Of a DNA stretch of 61,581 nucleotides, positions 9,119 to 18,037 are shown in pieces. The stretch spans positions 1-61,581 of the forward strand of contig CAYURH010000004.1 of NCBI GenBank assembly GCA_964447105.1. The letters are read 5' to 3'. The translations under genes and the position numbers were made by a program. The notes under the pieces were generated by a model. That model was given only the letters and a program-made list of their open reading frames with translations, searched no databases and had not been told where the DNA came from. The first letter of the stretch is position 1, and each line of letters starts with the position of its first letter. Source of the stretch: an uncultured Candidatus Saccharibacteria bacterium. Lineage in GTDB: Bacteria; Patescibacteriota; Saccharimonadia; Saccharimonadales; EFPC-124.

Positions 9119-9616
9119 CTAGCCCTCTATCCGGAAATGCCGAAATATGAGTCCATCAAGCAACAAGTGGCTAAAATACCCCGCCACCGCCGCTCCATAG
9201 TACACAATACTCACCGGCAACATAGCCGGATTGTACAGATATGGCACTAGCAAAATCGGCAGTGGCACCAACACCATGGCGAGCTTGCTATGCGTCCAGC
9301 CCCTGTGCTTACCCACCACCGGCGTCATAGCCAGCAAACCCAGATACGCCGCCGCTTCGATGTGCCCCGTGGCAATAAGAACAATGTCTAATATAAATGC
9401 CGTGCCTAGGAAAATATTCTGCGCTTTACTATTAGTGTCGATATCCGGAAAAAGCCCAAACAACATCCCCAGTACAAACACTGCCGCAATCGCCTGCCAA
9501 CCTTGTAATACGCCAGCCGATTCGGCAAACAACTGGATAGGCACAAACATCAGCACCGATGTATACACCGCTGCTAGCGCGAACCCGCCCACAATATGCC
9601 CTTTGTAATTTGCCAT
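9119..9616 (-). CDS. Membrane-bound metal-dependent hydrolase (YdjM-like)
   Basis: N-terminal GH, FPDID, HRGWTHS and SHLLLD motifs. Confidence 0.88.
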   Translation of the reverse strand: MANYKGHIVGGFALAAVYTSVLMFVPIQLFAESAGVLQGWQAIAAVFVLGMLFGLFPDIDTNSKAQNIFLGTAFILDIVLIATGHIEAAAYLGLLAMTPVVGKHRGWTHSKLAMVLVPLPILLVPYLYNPAMLPVSIVYYGAAVAGYFSHLLLDGLIFRHFRIEG

Positions 9617-9658
9617 GGCTGACATAAGCATAAATAATAATGCCACAAAAATCTATCG

Positions 9659-9692
9659 CTGGCCGCCGCACGTGTGCGCATGCGGCGGCCAG
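9659..9692 (-). terminator. GC-rich hairpin (cassette 3' element)
   Basis: ctggccgccgca / tgcggcggccag, 12-bp stem. Confidence 0.65.
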
Positions 9693-9703
9693 AATGGGGC
9701 GGA

Positions 9704-10060
9704 TCAGCTGAACACGGTGACGCAGGTCAGGACCACGCTCATCACGATGCCCAGGATGGCGCCGACCAGAACGAACAGCCGAGGGCTCTCGCCCGCCCGC
9801 TTCTCCGCCCGCGCTTCATCTTCGGCGGTGCCAGCGAGCATGAACGCGCCCAGGCCCGACAGAACGGCACCCAGTACGCCGAACGTTATGCAGAACTGGG
9901 TGAAGTTGGCCGTGCCGGGCACCATGTGCGCGCGGACCAGGCTGCCCACGATCACCAGCAGGTTGATACCCACGCCGACGTACCCAACCTTGCGGCTGCG
10001 TCGCCGGGTGCGCATGAGCCCCGAAATTCCTTCGGGCTGTTCCGAGGTGGGGTTACTCAC
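9704..10060 (-). CDS. Orphan 3-TM membrane protein, GC-rich cassette gene
   Basis: GTG 10060 with SD aaggagg; three hydrophobic segments. Confidence 0.75.
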   Translation of the reverse strand: MSNPTSEQPEGISGLMRTRRRSRKVGYVGVGINLLVIVGSLVRAHMVPGTANFTQFCITFGVLGAVLSGLGAFMLAGTAEDEARAEKRAGESPRLFVLVGAILGIVMSVVLTCVTVFS

Positions 10061-10091
10061 GTTTCCGCCTCCTTCGAGGGGTGAATAGTGG

Positions 10092-10355
10092 TCAATACGG
10101 CACGCAGGCGGCGAGTGTCGCTCCCATCGCAACGACAAACGCAATCGCCGCACCACGACCACGCTGGTTCCACGCCCAAAACATGGCGCAGACATTGATC
10201 AGAATCGCCAGCACAGCGGCGGCGACCTGAAACCCTACGGGCCCAGGTTCATCGTCCATACGCGGTACAAACAACCACGCTTGAGCAGCGAGCAGTCCTA
10301 CCGCGACGGCCAGAAGCAGCCGAGCACGCCAGAACGATGTCGTTTTTTGGTCCAA
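10092..10355 (-). CDS. Orphan 3-TM membrane protein, GC-rich cassette gene
   Basis: TTG start with SD aggagg and TATAAT upstream; three hydrophobic segments. Confidence 0.72.
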   Translation of the reverse strand: MDQKTTSFWRARLLLAVAVGLLAAQAWLFVPRMDDEPGPVGFQVAAAVLAILINVCAMFWAWNQRGRGAAIAFVVAMGATLAACVPY

Positions 10356-10389
10356 CAGTCCTCCTACAGACGTCGGTAACCAAATTATA

Positions 10390-10863
10390 CTATCTATTTA
10401 CGATATGTACAGAGTCGGCAGTAAACGTATTGCTGTTGGTGGTGCCACGCACCATTACGCTATCGTTCACTGCCACCTTGTCTTTGCCGACGTATGATGT
10501 GTTGCTCGTGGCGGTAATGGTTTTGGTTGTGCCATTGCCAGCGATCGTAAATCCACTCGCGCTCACTTGCGTTACGACGCCAGTTAACACCGTGCGGCTG
10601 GTGCCGTCGGTGGGATTGTCGAATGTTTTCTCACCGCCATCAAAATGCCTCAGTCCCCCACCACCCATAGCGAACTGGCCATGCATCTCTACCTTGTTGG
10701 CCAGGCCAATTTCTGCCATCTGGCGCCAATGGTGCATGAACCAAAACCCGCCCATTATCCCGCTAAAAAGTAAGCAGACTATGATAATCACAAATATTGT
10801 CTTATTCCCCCATCGTTGCGTTGCCTGAGGTGATGTACCCTTTGATTCAGCTGGTTTATCCAT
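10390..10863 (-). CDS. Membrane-anchored protein with DUF5666-like beta domain
   Basis: One TM segment, then TGVVTQVSASGFTI...VAVNDSVMVRGTT..FTADSVHI. Confidence 0.7.
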   Translation of the reverse strand: MDKPAESKGTSPQATQRWGNKTIFVIIIVCLLFSGIMGGFWFMHHWRQMAEIGLANKVEMHGQFAMGGGGLRHFDGGEKTFDNPTDGTSRTVLTGVVTQVSASGFTIAGNGTTKTITATSNTSYVGKDKVAVNDSVMVRGTTNSNTFTADSVHIVNR

Positions 10864-10924
10864 ATTTTCTCCTTATGGCCCCAGTATGCCAGGGCCCAGC
10901 TGAAAAATGGCTTATACTAAATAT

Positions 10925-11170
10925 ATGAGTGAACATCGTGAAGAATTCAAAGTCGACGGCGAGCAACTGCTGGCCAAAGTAAAAGAACTGATCAAAGAAG
11001 GCAACGTGCGCCGGATAATCATAAAAGACAAAGCCGGCAAAACGCTAGTCGAACTGCCGCTGACCATCGGCGTGGTGGGAGCTGTTTTGGCTCCCCCGCT
11101 GGCAGCGGTCGGGGCGATCGCGGCGTTGGTGACAGAATGCACGATTTTGGTGGTACGCGAAGACTCTTAA
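10925..11170 (+). CDS. DUF4342 protein
   Basis: EEFKVDGEQLLAKVKELIKEGNVRRIIIK...ELPLTIG; leaderless start 6 nt after TATACT. Confidence 0.88.
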   Translation: MSEHREEFKVDGEQLLAKVKELIKEGNVRRIIIKDKAGKTLVELPLTIGVVGAVLAPPLAAVGAIAALVTECTILVVREDS

Positions 11171-12009
11171 TTTTTCTTATCTAGGCTAGGTACCGGAGCG
11201 AGTCTGTAATCCCCTGCCTCGTATCTACTTGTGCGATCGCCCAACCTGGACATCAAATAATCTACAAAGTTATCAAGCAACAACCGAGAGTCGCCAGTAA
11301 GTTCCTGGTATTTTGGACTTGCGTATAAATCCCCAAAGCCCCATGCCATTGGCGTTACACTGCGGTTCTGCTTTATAAACTGTGTTGTTATACCAATTTT
11401 TTCTTGAGCTTCAGGAATATGGCCCTTAATTAATTCGATAACAACCGAAAAATAATGCGCTTGCAGTTGTTCTTTGGCACTTATACACCGTTTTTTAAAA
11501 TCAGGAGTTAGCGACTCGGCTTTGGCTAAATCTCCATCCAGGATACAGGTCTCAATATAATTAGCCGCCGGCCTAATGTCTTCAGGGTCTATTTCAACTA
11601 TACGTTCATACTTTTGTATGGCGCGAGCGTACTCTTGAGATCGAAGCAAATCGTCTGCATCCTCAACAAGCTTGTCTTTTCTGCTCTCTAAAAGTTGTCT
11701 AAAGGCAAAATAACCAATATAAACCGCGAAGGTCAATCCTGAAAATTGATTGAGTATAGAAATTGCCGCTTCCAAATAACTAGGCCCGACCAACCACAGT
11801 ACGACGGCATACAGTAGCACAAAAAAAGCCCCAAGTATTGAAATGATCTTCCAATACTCTTGAAGGACTTTTGTTTTTCTCCTGATCTTAGACCAGAGCA
11901 AGTATCTCGGCCTTTTTGTAACGGTCATCACTAAGGCACCGAGTATAAAACAAACAACCATGAGCAGAATAAGATTTTGCATAGAATACCTTTCTGCCCA
12001 CCCAACCAT
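11167..12009 (-). CDS. Membrane protein with TPR-like C-terminal region
   Basis: Three TM segments, then EYARAIQKYERIVEIDPED TPR-like helices; AT-richer than neighbours; start uncertain (11982 possible). Confidence 0.75.
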   Translation of the reverse strand: MVGWAERYSMQNLILLMVVCFILGALVMTVTKRPRYLLWSKIRRKTKVLQEYWKIISILGAFFVLLYAVVLWLVGPSYLEAAISILNQFSGLTFAVYIGYFAFRQLLESRKDKLVEDADDLLRSQEYARAIQKYERIVEIDPEDIRPAANYIETCILDGDLAKAESLTPDFKKRCISAKEQLQAHYFSVVIELIKGHIPEAQEKIGITTQFIKQNRSVTPMAWGFGDLYASPKYQELTGDSRLLLDNFVDYLMSRLGDRTSRYEAGDYRLAPVPSLDKKN

Positions 12010-12017
12010 TTATCTAG

Positions 12018-13496
12018 TTATTCGCGTCTGAGCTGGGGGAATACCACCCCTTCCCTTGCCGTCACCCCTTCAAGCATCCAGAAAAGCCGCTCGCTATAGC
12101 CCAACCCGCACGCTGGCGGCATGGCGTATTCCAGTGCTTCCACGTAGTCCATGTCTAGCATTTGGGCCTCACTGTCGCCGGCGTCGCGCATGTGTTGCTG
12201 TTCGGCAAATCTGTTTAGCTGGTCGATGGGATCGTTTAACTCAGAGTATGCTTTGCAGACTTCGGTGCCGCCCAAGATGAGGTTGAACTGCTCGGTGAGT
12301 TCTGGTTTGCCGGGCTGCGTTTTGGCTAGTGGCTGCAAAAACGTGGGGATGTCTACCAGAAACGCCGGGCCGGGCAAGGTAACGCGTACTTTTTTCCATA
12401 ATTTGTCGATGCCGCGCGATATGTTGTCGTGCTTTTCGACTTCGATTTTATGCTGGGCCAGGGCAGCTTGCACTTCTTTGAGGTCGGTGGCAAATACGTC
12501 GATCCCGTAATGGTCTTTGATGATTTGCACAAAACTAATGCGCGGCCAGTCTTGGCCATCTGCGCCCAAATCAATTGTGTGCCCATTGAGTAATGTAAAT
12601 TCTCGCCTGCCCCACGTTTGGTCGGCCACATGGCGCACATGGCGCTCGGTGAGTTTCATGCCCATATTCCAGTCGGCGTACGCCCAGTACCATTCCATAG
12701 CGATGTGTTCGGGCAGGTGCTCGTCGCTGTAGTTTTCGTTGCGAAAACGGGGGCCAATGTCGAACACTTTTTCGTAGCCGCCCACCAGCAAACGCTTCAG
12801 TGGTAGTTCGTGACTAATGCGCAGATAAAAATCTTGATCCAGCGCGTCCATGTGCGTCACAAACGGATTGGCATCGGCACCCCCAGTAGTGAGTTCAAGC
12901 ACGGGGATATTGATTTCGATAAACCCTTCGATTTCCAAAAACTGACGCGTGGCTTGCCAAAATTTACTGCGACGAATAAAACGCTGATACACATCGGGGT
13001 TCACGTTGGTGTCGACGTAGCGACGGCGCAAGCGCTCTTCTTTGTTGCTAAACCCGTCGTGGGTGGTGGGCAGTGGGCGCAGGCTTTTGGTGAGCAGACG
13101 CAGGGCGTGCACTTCTACCGACATTTCGCCGGTTTGCGTTTTGACCACGGGGCCGCTGGCTTGCACAAAATCGCCACTGTCGAGGAGCGGTAGTTGTTCA
13201 AATCCCAATTGGCTATTGGCAGCATCTAGCCCGGCCACTTTGTCGGCGCCCAAAAATAATTGCAGTGAAGCCGTGGCGTCTTTGACCACCACAAAAGCGA
13301 TCTTGCCAAATTTGCGAATGTTGGTAATGCGCCCCACCACGCTCACCTGCTGGCCCTGCAGCGTATCAAAATCATCGATAATATGGCCCAGCGTGTGAGT
13401 ACGCTCGGTGTTGGCCGGATAAGCGTTGACGCCCAGCTTTTTTAGATCATCTAATTTGCGCAGGCGCTCATCGCGCAGTTCTTTGAGTGTTGCCAT
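12018..13496 (-). CDS. lysS: Lysine--tRNA ligase (class II)
   Basis: OB anticodon domain, GGADANPFVTH, YLRISHEL, FRNE, MPPACGLG. Confidence 0.97.
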   Translation of the reverse strand: MATLKELRDERLRKLDDLKKLGVNAYPANTERTHTLGHIIDDFDTLQGQQVSVVGRITNIRKFGKIAFVVVKDATASLQLFLGADKVAGLDAANSQLGFEQLPLLDSGDFVQASGPVVKTQTGEMSVEVHALRLLTKSLRPLPTTHDGFSNKEERLRRRYVDTNVNPDVYQRFIRRSKFWQATRQFLEIEGFIEINIPVLELTTGGADANPFVTHMDALDQDFYLRISHELPLKRLLVGGYEKVFDIGPRFRNENYSDEHLPEHIAMEWYWAYADWNMGMKLTERHVRHVADQTWGRREFTLLNGHTIDLGADGQDWPRISFVQIIKDHYGIDVFATDLKEVQAALAQHKIEVEKHDNISRGIDKLWKKVRVTLPGPAFLVDIPTFLQPLAKTQPGKPELTEQFNLILGGTEVCKAYSELNDPIDQLNRFAEQQHMRDAGDSEAQMLDMDYVEALEYAMPPACGLGYSERLFWMLEGVTAREGVVFPQLRRE

Positions 13497-13542
13497 ATGG
13501 GGTTATTGTACCATTGGCCAGATAGATAAGTAAAAATTTCGC

Positions 13543-13580
13543 CGAGCGGACGACTGCCGGGGTCGGCAGCCGTCCGCTCG
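13543..13580 (-). terminator. GC-rich hairpin (cassette 3' element)
   Basis: cgagcggacggctgccg-accc-cggcagtcgtccgctcg, 17-bp stem with one G-U. Confidence 0.7.
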
Positions 13581-13602
13581 CGGTGGGGTTGCGTGAAGGA
13601 AG

Positions 13603-14013
13603 TCATCTCCCAGCCGACAGCTCGCCGCGACGCAGGGCCAGCATGGCCCGAGCCTCCTCGGCGGCTTTCGCCAGGAACCGTTCGACATCTTCCACCATGT
13701 GTGTATACAGCCACTCCCGGGTCTCGTTGTCGACATCGTCCTCTCTGGGGATGACGACGCTGTACGTTGCCAGTAGCGGCGAAACGCGCAGGATCCCGCG
13801 GCACGCTTGGTTCGGGCACGTGCCCCGACCCAAAAGCGTCAGGGGGTAGCTGGTGGTCGTCGGCAGCTGCACCTCGAGCCGGCCCACAACGGACAGGTTG
13901 TTGATGTATCCCAGCTCGCCGAACGTGGGCGGCAGATGACCTTCGAACTCCGTACCGGCGCCGGCATGACTCAAGGGCCCTCTGCCGTAAGCCGGACATA
14001 TGATGAGCCTCAC
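13603..14013 (-). CDS. Orphan soluble protein, GC-rich cassette gene
   Basis: GTG with SD aggaggtg; very AT-rich promoter region 14040-14075; hairpin after the stop. Confidence 0.72.
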   Translation of the reverse strand: MRLIICPAYGRGPLSHAGAGTEFEGHLPPTFGELGYINNLSVVGRLEVQLPTTTSYPLTLLGRGTCPNQACRGILRVSPLLATYSVVIPREDDVDNETREWLYTHMVEDVERFLAKAAEEARAMLALRRGELSAGR

Positions 14014-14074
14014 AGCCCATCACCTCCTATGTTGTTGTCACTATATATAAAATACCATAATAAATTTATAAGTC

Positions 14075-14100
14075 AAAAGAACCCCATACGGAGTTCTTTT
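14075..14100 (-). terminator. greA intrinsic terminator
   Basis: aaaagaac...gttctttt inverted repeat with A/T tracts. Confidence 0.7.
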
Positions 14101-14118
14101 GAACTGTATACCCTAGCG

Positions 14119-14577
14119 TTAGCTAATGGCTACAACTTTGTACGTCACTTCACCATTTGGCGTCTTGATGGTGGCGCTGTCGCCGACTTTTTTGTTCATC
14201 AACGCTTTGCCGATTGGCGATTCGTTGCTGATTTTGCCCTCTAGCGGATCGGCTTCGACTGAACCCACAATGCGGTATTCAACTTTTTTGCCTTCACCGT
14301 TCTTTAGCTCGACAGCACTGCCCACAATGACTTTGTCGCTGGCTTTGATTTTGATCAGGCTGGCATTTTTCAGAATCTCTTCGATTTCGGCAATGCGGCT
14401 TTCAACCTGACTTTGTTCGTCGCGGGCGGCGCTATATTCGGCGTTTTCGCTGAGGTCGCCATAATCACGAGCGTCAGCAATTTTTTGAGCGATGTCACTG
14501 CGGCGGGATTTGAGCTCCAGTAGCTCTTCTTCTAAATCTAATTTTCCAGCCGCCGTCAATTGGTAGGCCTTTTTCAT
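14119..14577 (-). CDS. greA: Transcription elongation factor GreA
   Basis: GDLSENAEY, ISNESPIGKAL. Confidence 0.97.
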   Translation of the reverse strand: MKKAYQLTAAGKLDLEEELLELKSRRSDIAQKIADARDYGDLSENAEYSAARDEQSQVESRIAEIEEILKNASLIKIKASDKVIVGSAVELKNGEGKKVEYRIVGSVEADPLEGKISNESPIGKALMNKKVGDSATIKTPNGEVTYKVVAIS

Positions 14578-14612
14578 ATGTCCTTAAACTCACTTTCTTA
14601 CAAATAAAATTC

Positions 14613-14669
14613 ACGAGTCAGCGGGAAAGTTAAGTCTGGCCATTTCCCGGAACTTTCGTTCCAACTCGT
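14613..14669 (-). promoter_or_regulatory. Structured greA 5' leader (three-way junction)
   Basis: acgagt/actcgt closes ggaac-gaaa-gttcc and gggaaa...tttccc; starts just after the extended -10 TGcTATACT. Confidence 0.6.
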
Positions 14670-14712
14670 CTAAATTCTAGTATAGCAAACTATGCAAGGG
14701 CTGCAAGTTCTG

Positions 14713-16134
14713 TTAATAGGATTGAGCAAAAATCCAGATATCTTTCGCGGGTTTACCGGTATAAAAATCCACACCATCGCCGCTGCCAATACGACAACGA
14801 CTCGTGGCTTTGGTCTCGGCTTTTACTTTGGCTTCGACTTCCGGATCGTCGTTCCAGTAGACTTCGATCAGCCCTTTGTCTTCGCGCGCCATGAGTTGCT
14901 TGAACTCGTCATAGTTAGCGGCTTTGCGGGTGTTGTCGTCGGTGTGTTTGCGGGACGCATCGAGCATAGTCTGCTGGATCTCATCGAGTTTGTTCTGCAC
15001 ATCGGCTACAAACGCATCACGCGGCACTGTCACTTTGGCGCCGTCCCAGCGGCGAGCCACAGTCACCTGCCCAGCTTCGACTTCGCGTTTGCCAATTTCT
15101 ACGCGCAGCGGCACACCTTTGACTTCCCATTTGTTGATCTTGTAGCCCAATCGTTCGTCTTCTCGATCATCTACGAGCACACGGACACCTTTTTGCTTCA
15201 ATTCGTCGGCTAGTTTGTGGGCGTATTCTACCAATTGTTGGTCGGCCACTACGGGCACGATCACTACTTGCGTGGGCGCGAGCTTAGGGGGCAGACGCAG
15301 CCCATTGTCGTCGCCATGCATCAATATCAAACCGCCCAAACTGCGAGCCGAAAACCCCCAGCTGGTTTGCCATACGTATGATTGGTTGCCTTCTTTGTCC
15401 TGGAATTTCGTTTCGAATGCTTTGGCAAAATTCTGCCCCAAATCGTGCGATGTGCAACTCTGCAACGCCTTGCCGCTGGGCATAAGGTGCTCCATGGTCA
15501 ACGTGTCATCGGCGCCGGCAAAGCGTTCGTTGGTCGATTTGTTGCCACGTTTGCCATACAGCGCAAAAAAATTCTCATACACATCTTGGTAAACGTCCAT
15601 CGCCCACTTTTGAGTGGCTTGGGCTTCCGGGTGAGTGGCGTGGATGGTATGGCCTTCTTGCCACAAGAATTCGCTAGTACGGATGAATGGCATGGTACGC
15701 TTTTCCCAGCGGACCACGCTGCACCACTGATTGATCTGCATAGGCAGATCGCGCCATGACTGCACCCAGTTACTAAACGAATTGTTGATGATAGTTTCAC
15801 TCGTCGGGCGCACCACCAGCGGCTCTTCTAACTTTTCGCCGCCACCATGGGTGACAACTGCCAGTTCAGGCGCGAAGCCTTCGACATGGCTCTTTTCTTT
15901 TTCTATAAAAGACATGGGGATAAACAGCGGAAAATACGCATTTTGCACGCCGTGGGCTTTGAACCGTTCATCGAGCGCAGCCTGCGCTAACTCCCAAATC
16001 GCGTAGCCATACGGGCGGATGATCATGGTGCCTTTGCTGGGGCCATAATCCGCCAGCTCGGCTAGTTGAATGATGGTCGTGTACCAATCAGCCAAATCGC
16101 CTGTTTTTTTAGGCAAAAGTTTTTTTTCGTTCAT
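14713..16134 (-). CDS. proS: Proline--tRNA ligase (archaeal/eukaryote-like type)
   Basis: HVEGFAPE, RPTSET, EFLWQEGH, HDLGQNF, QTSWG, C-terminal FAQSY. Confidence 0.97.
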   Translation of the reverse strand: MNEKKLLPKKTGDLADWYTTIIQLAELADYGPSKGTMIIRPYGYAIWELAQAALDERFKAHGVQNAYFPLFIPMSFIEKEKSHVEGFAPELAVVTHGGGEKLEEPLVVRPTSETIINNSFSNWVQSWRDLPMQINQWCSVVRWEKRTMPFIRTSEFLWQEGHTIHATHPEAQATQKWAMDVYQDVYENFFALYGKRGNKSTNERFAGADDTLTMEHLMPSGKALQSCTSHDLGQNFAKAFETKFQDKEGNQSYVWQTSWGFSARSLGGLILMHGDDNGLRLPPKLAPTQVVIVPVVADQQLVEYAHKLADELKQKGVRVLVDDREDERLGYKINKWEVKGVPLRVEIGKREVEAGQVTVARRWDGAKVTVPRDAFVADVQNKLDEIQQTMLDASRKHTDDNTRKAANYDEFKQLMAREDKGLIEVYWNDDPEVEAKVKAETKATSRCRIGSGDGVDFYTGKPAKDIWIFAQSY

Positions 16135-16175
16135 ACAAGTTCTCGTTAAGGTAAATAAATCTGAGGTATATCAAA

Positions 16176-16229
16176 CTACGGCCGGGTGGCCGGGATGCGC
16201 GGGTAAGCTGTCGTCTGATAGTGCGTCAT
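16176..16229 (-). CDS. Putative proS leader peptide (17 aa)
   Basis: MTHYQTTAYPRIPATRP*, three CCG Pro codons in the last 8 codons. Confidence 0.5.
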   Translation of the reverse strand: MTHYQTTAYPRIPATRP

Positions 16230-16230
16230 A

Positions 16231-16956
16231 CTACTTAGGCCCAGTATAAACAAACAGGTACAAAAAGGCTATTCCGTTCTTGAGAGCGTGCAGCATGATG
16301 CCCGGCCACAGACTGTGCGTTTTTTCGCGCAAGAAGCAAAGCACCAGGCTGAGCGCAAACACGTCGAGCCCCACATTCACTTGCCCGTGCGCCAGCGCAA
16401 ACAGCCCGCTTATTATAAGTGCGGTTGCCCAAAACGGCAGCTTGTTGCGCAGACCGGTAAACAAAAACCCACGGAATAATATTTCTTCGGCCAACGGCGG
16501 CAACACCACCAACCCCAAAAACACCCACACATATTCGATGGCTTGTGGCGCTTCAAATCCCAGTTCTTGTTTTTGGTCAAAATTAATATGCCAGATCCAC
16601 CCCGCCACTACGCTAATAGCTATTGATAACGCAAAATACACCACTACGCCGGCCAGCGCCCGCCACACAAACCCCCAACGCCACTTACCCAACCCAATGT
16701 CCGTTAGTCGCTTGCCATAGGCTCGCACCAGCAACACTACACACAGCACGGTCAGTGCTTCGAGTAGCATGGCAAAGATAAAATTCAAAATGTTATCGCT
16801 ATACGGCAACAACCGTGCCAACGGCGGCCAAAACCCAACCAGTATCAACTGCGGCGCTATAAATAGCAACGCGCTCAGGCCAATCGCGCTCAGCACGCCA
16901 CCGATACGCGCGCCAATTGTCAGCGGTTTTTTAGTGCTGGAAAAGTCGTCCAACAT
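16231..16956 (-). CDS. CPBP/Abi (CAAX) intramembrane metalloprotease
   Basis: EEILFRG, FALAH, GIMLHALKN. Confidence 0.93.
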   Translation of the reverse strand: MLDDFSSTKKPLTIGARIGGVLSAIGLSALLFIAPQLILVGFWPPLARLLPYSDNILNFIFAMLLEALTVLCVVLLVRAYGKRLTDIGLGKWRWGFVWRALAGVVVYFALSIAISVVAGWIWHINFDQKQELGFEAPQAIEYVWVFLGLVVLPPLAEEILFRGFLFTGLRNKLPFWATALIISGLFALAHGQVNVGLDVFALSLVLCFLREKTHSLWPGIMLHALKNGIAFLYLFVYTGPK

Positions 16957-18028
16957 CGGTGATAGTGATTAGTAAAACGAGTGACATAATCAACACAAAA
17001 CCCACCGTTTGGATTTTTTCCTCGCGCGATTTGGTGAGCGGCCGGCGTAGCGCACGATACACAAGCGTCACAAATAATCGTCCGCCATCGAGCGCCGGGA
17101 TAGGCAGCACGTTCATCACGGCCAGCGTCAGGGATATGATACCTATCAGGAACAGCACGAACGTAAAACCGGTATCGCTGCTTGTTTTGAGAATCCCAAC
17201 CACGCCAACGGGCCCCGCAACATTCTGCCCTGCTTCCGAAAAATGTCCTTCGAACAATTTACCAATTGTCATCCACAAACCTTTGAATGTTTCATAGGTA
17301 AATTGTGCCGTGACGCCCACGCCCACAATCGGCGCCGACCACGTAGCTCGTTGCAACGTTTGCTCGCCCGGGCTAACACCCAAGTAACCTTGGCCGGCAA
17401 CGCGCTCTGTGTTCAAAGTGGGTTGCAGGGTTTGACGTTGACCGTTGCGCTCGATAACTAAATCGACTTTTTGGCCAGCATGGGCGGCAGTTTGTTGGCT
17501 GAAGTCTTCGGCACTGGTAACCGGTTCACCAGCAATCGAAATAATATCGTCCCCAGGCTGCAAGCCAATTTTGCTTGCCGGTGTTCCACCGCTCACTGCT
17601 GCGACCGAAATATTATTGTGTATAACATACGTGTCGCCGGCCACAGAAAATTGATGAGATAGTACTTTGGGCATGCCAAATAGTGCCAAAATAGTGAATA
17701 TCACCACTGCCGTCAGCCAGTTTACGACAACACCTGCAAGCAAAATTTTGGTCTTCACCCAGATACTCGCGCCACCATATGTGCCGGGGCCCTCAGCCGA
17801 ATCATGCTCGCCATGCAGACGCACAAACCCACCGATCGGCAACCAGTTGAGGCTAAAAATCGTACCGTTTTTGAGTTTGCGTTTCCAGGCGCGCGGCGGG
17901 AAGCCTACACCAAATTCATCGACTCGCACCCCATTGCGGCGAGCCGCCAGCGCGTGACCAAATTCGTGCACCACTACTAGCGCAACAAACAGTATAATCC
18001 CAATAATAAAATAGAGTGTGCTCATCAT
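16931..18028 (-). CDS. rseP: RseP-like M50 intramembrane metalloprotease with PDZ domain
   Basis: HEFGH, PIGGFV, PDZ region, NVLPIPALDGGR. Confidence 0.93.
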   Translation of the reverse strand: MMSTLYFIIGIILFVALVVVHEFGHALAARRNGVRVDEFGVGFPPRAWKRKLKNGTIFSLNWLPIGGFVRLHGEHDSAEGPGTYGGASIWVKTKILLAGVVVNWLTAVVIFTILALFGMPKVLSHQFSVAGDTYVIHNNISVAAVSGGTPASKIGLQPGDDIISIAGEPVTSAEDFSQQTAAHAGQKVDLVIERNGQRQTLQPTLNTERVAGQGYLGVSPGEQTLQRATWSAPIVGVGVTAQFTYETFKGLWMTIGKLFEGHFSEAGQNVAGPVGVVGILKTSSDTGFTFVLFLIGIISLTLAVMNVLPIPALDGGRLFVTLVYRALRRPLTKSREEKIQTVGFVLIMSLVLLITITDVGRLFQH

Positions 18029-18037
18029 CTGAGGCTA

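Noticed and set aside
13451-14023. 190-aa alternative minus-strand ORF
   Set aside because: Runs through the hairpin into lysS and its ATG overlaps the SD; 13603-14013 has proper SD spacing and stops before the hairpin
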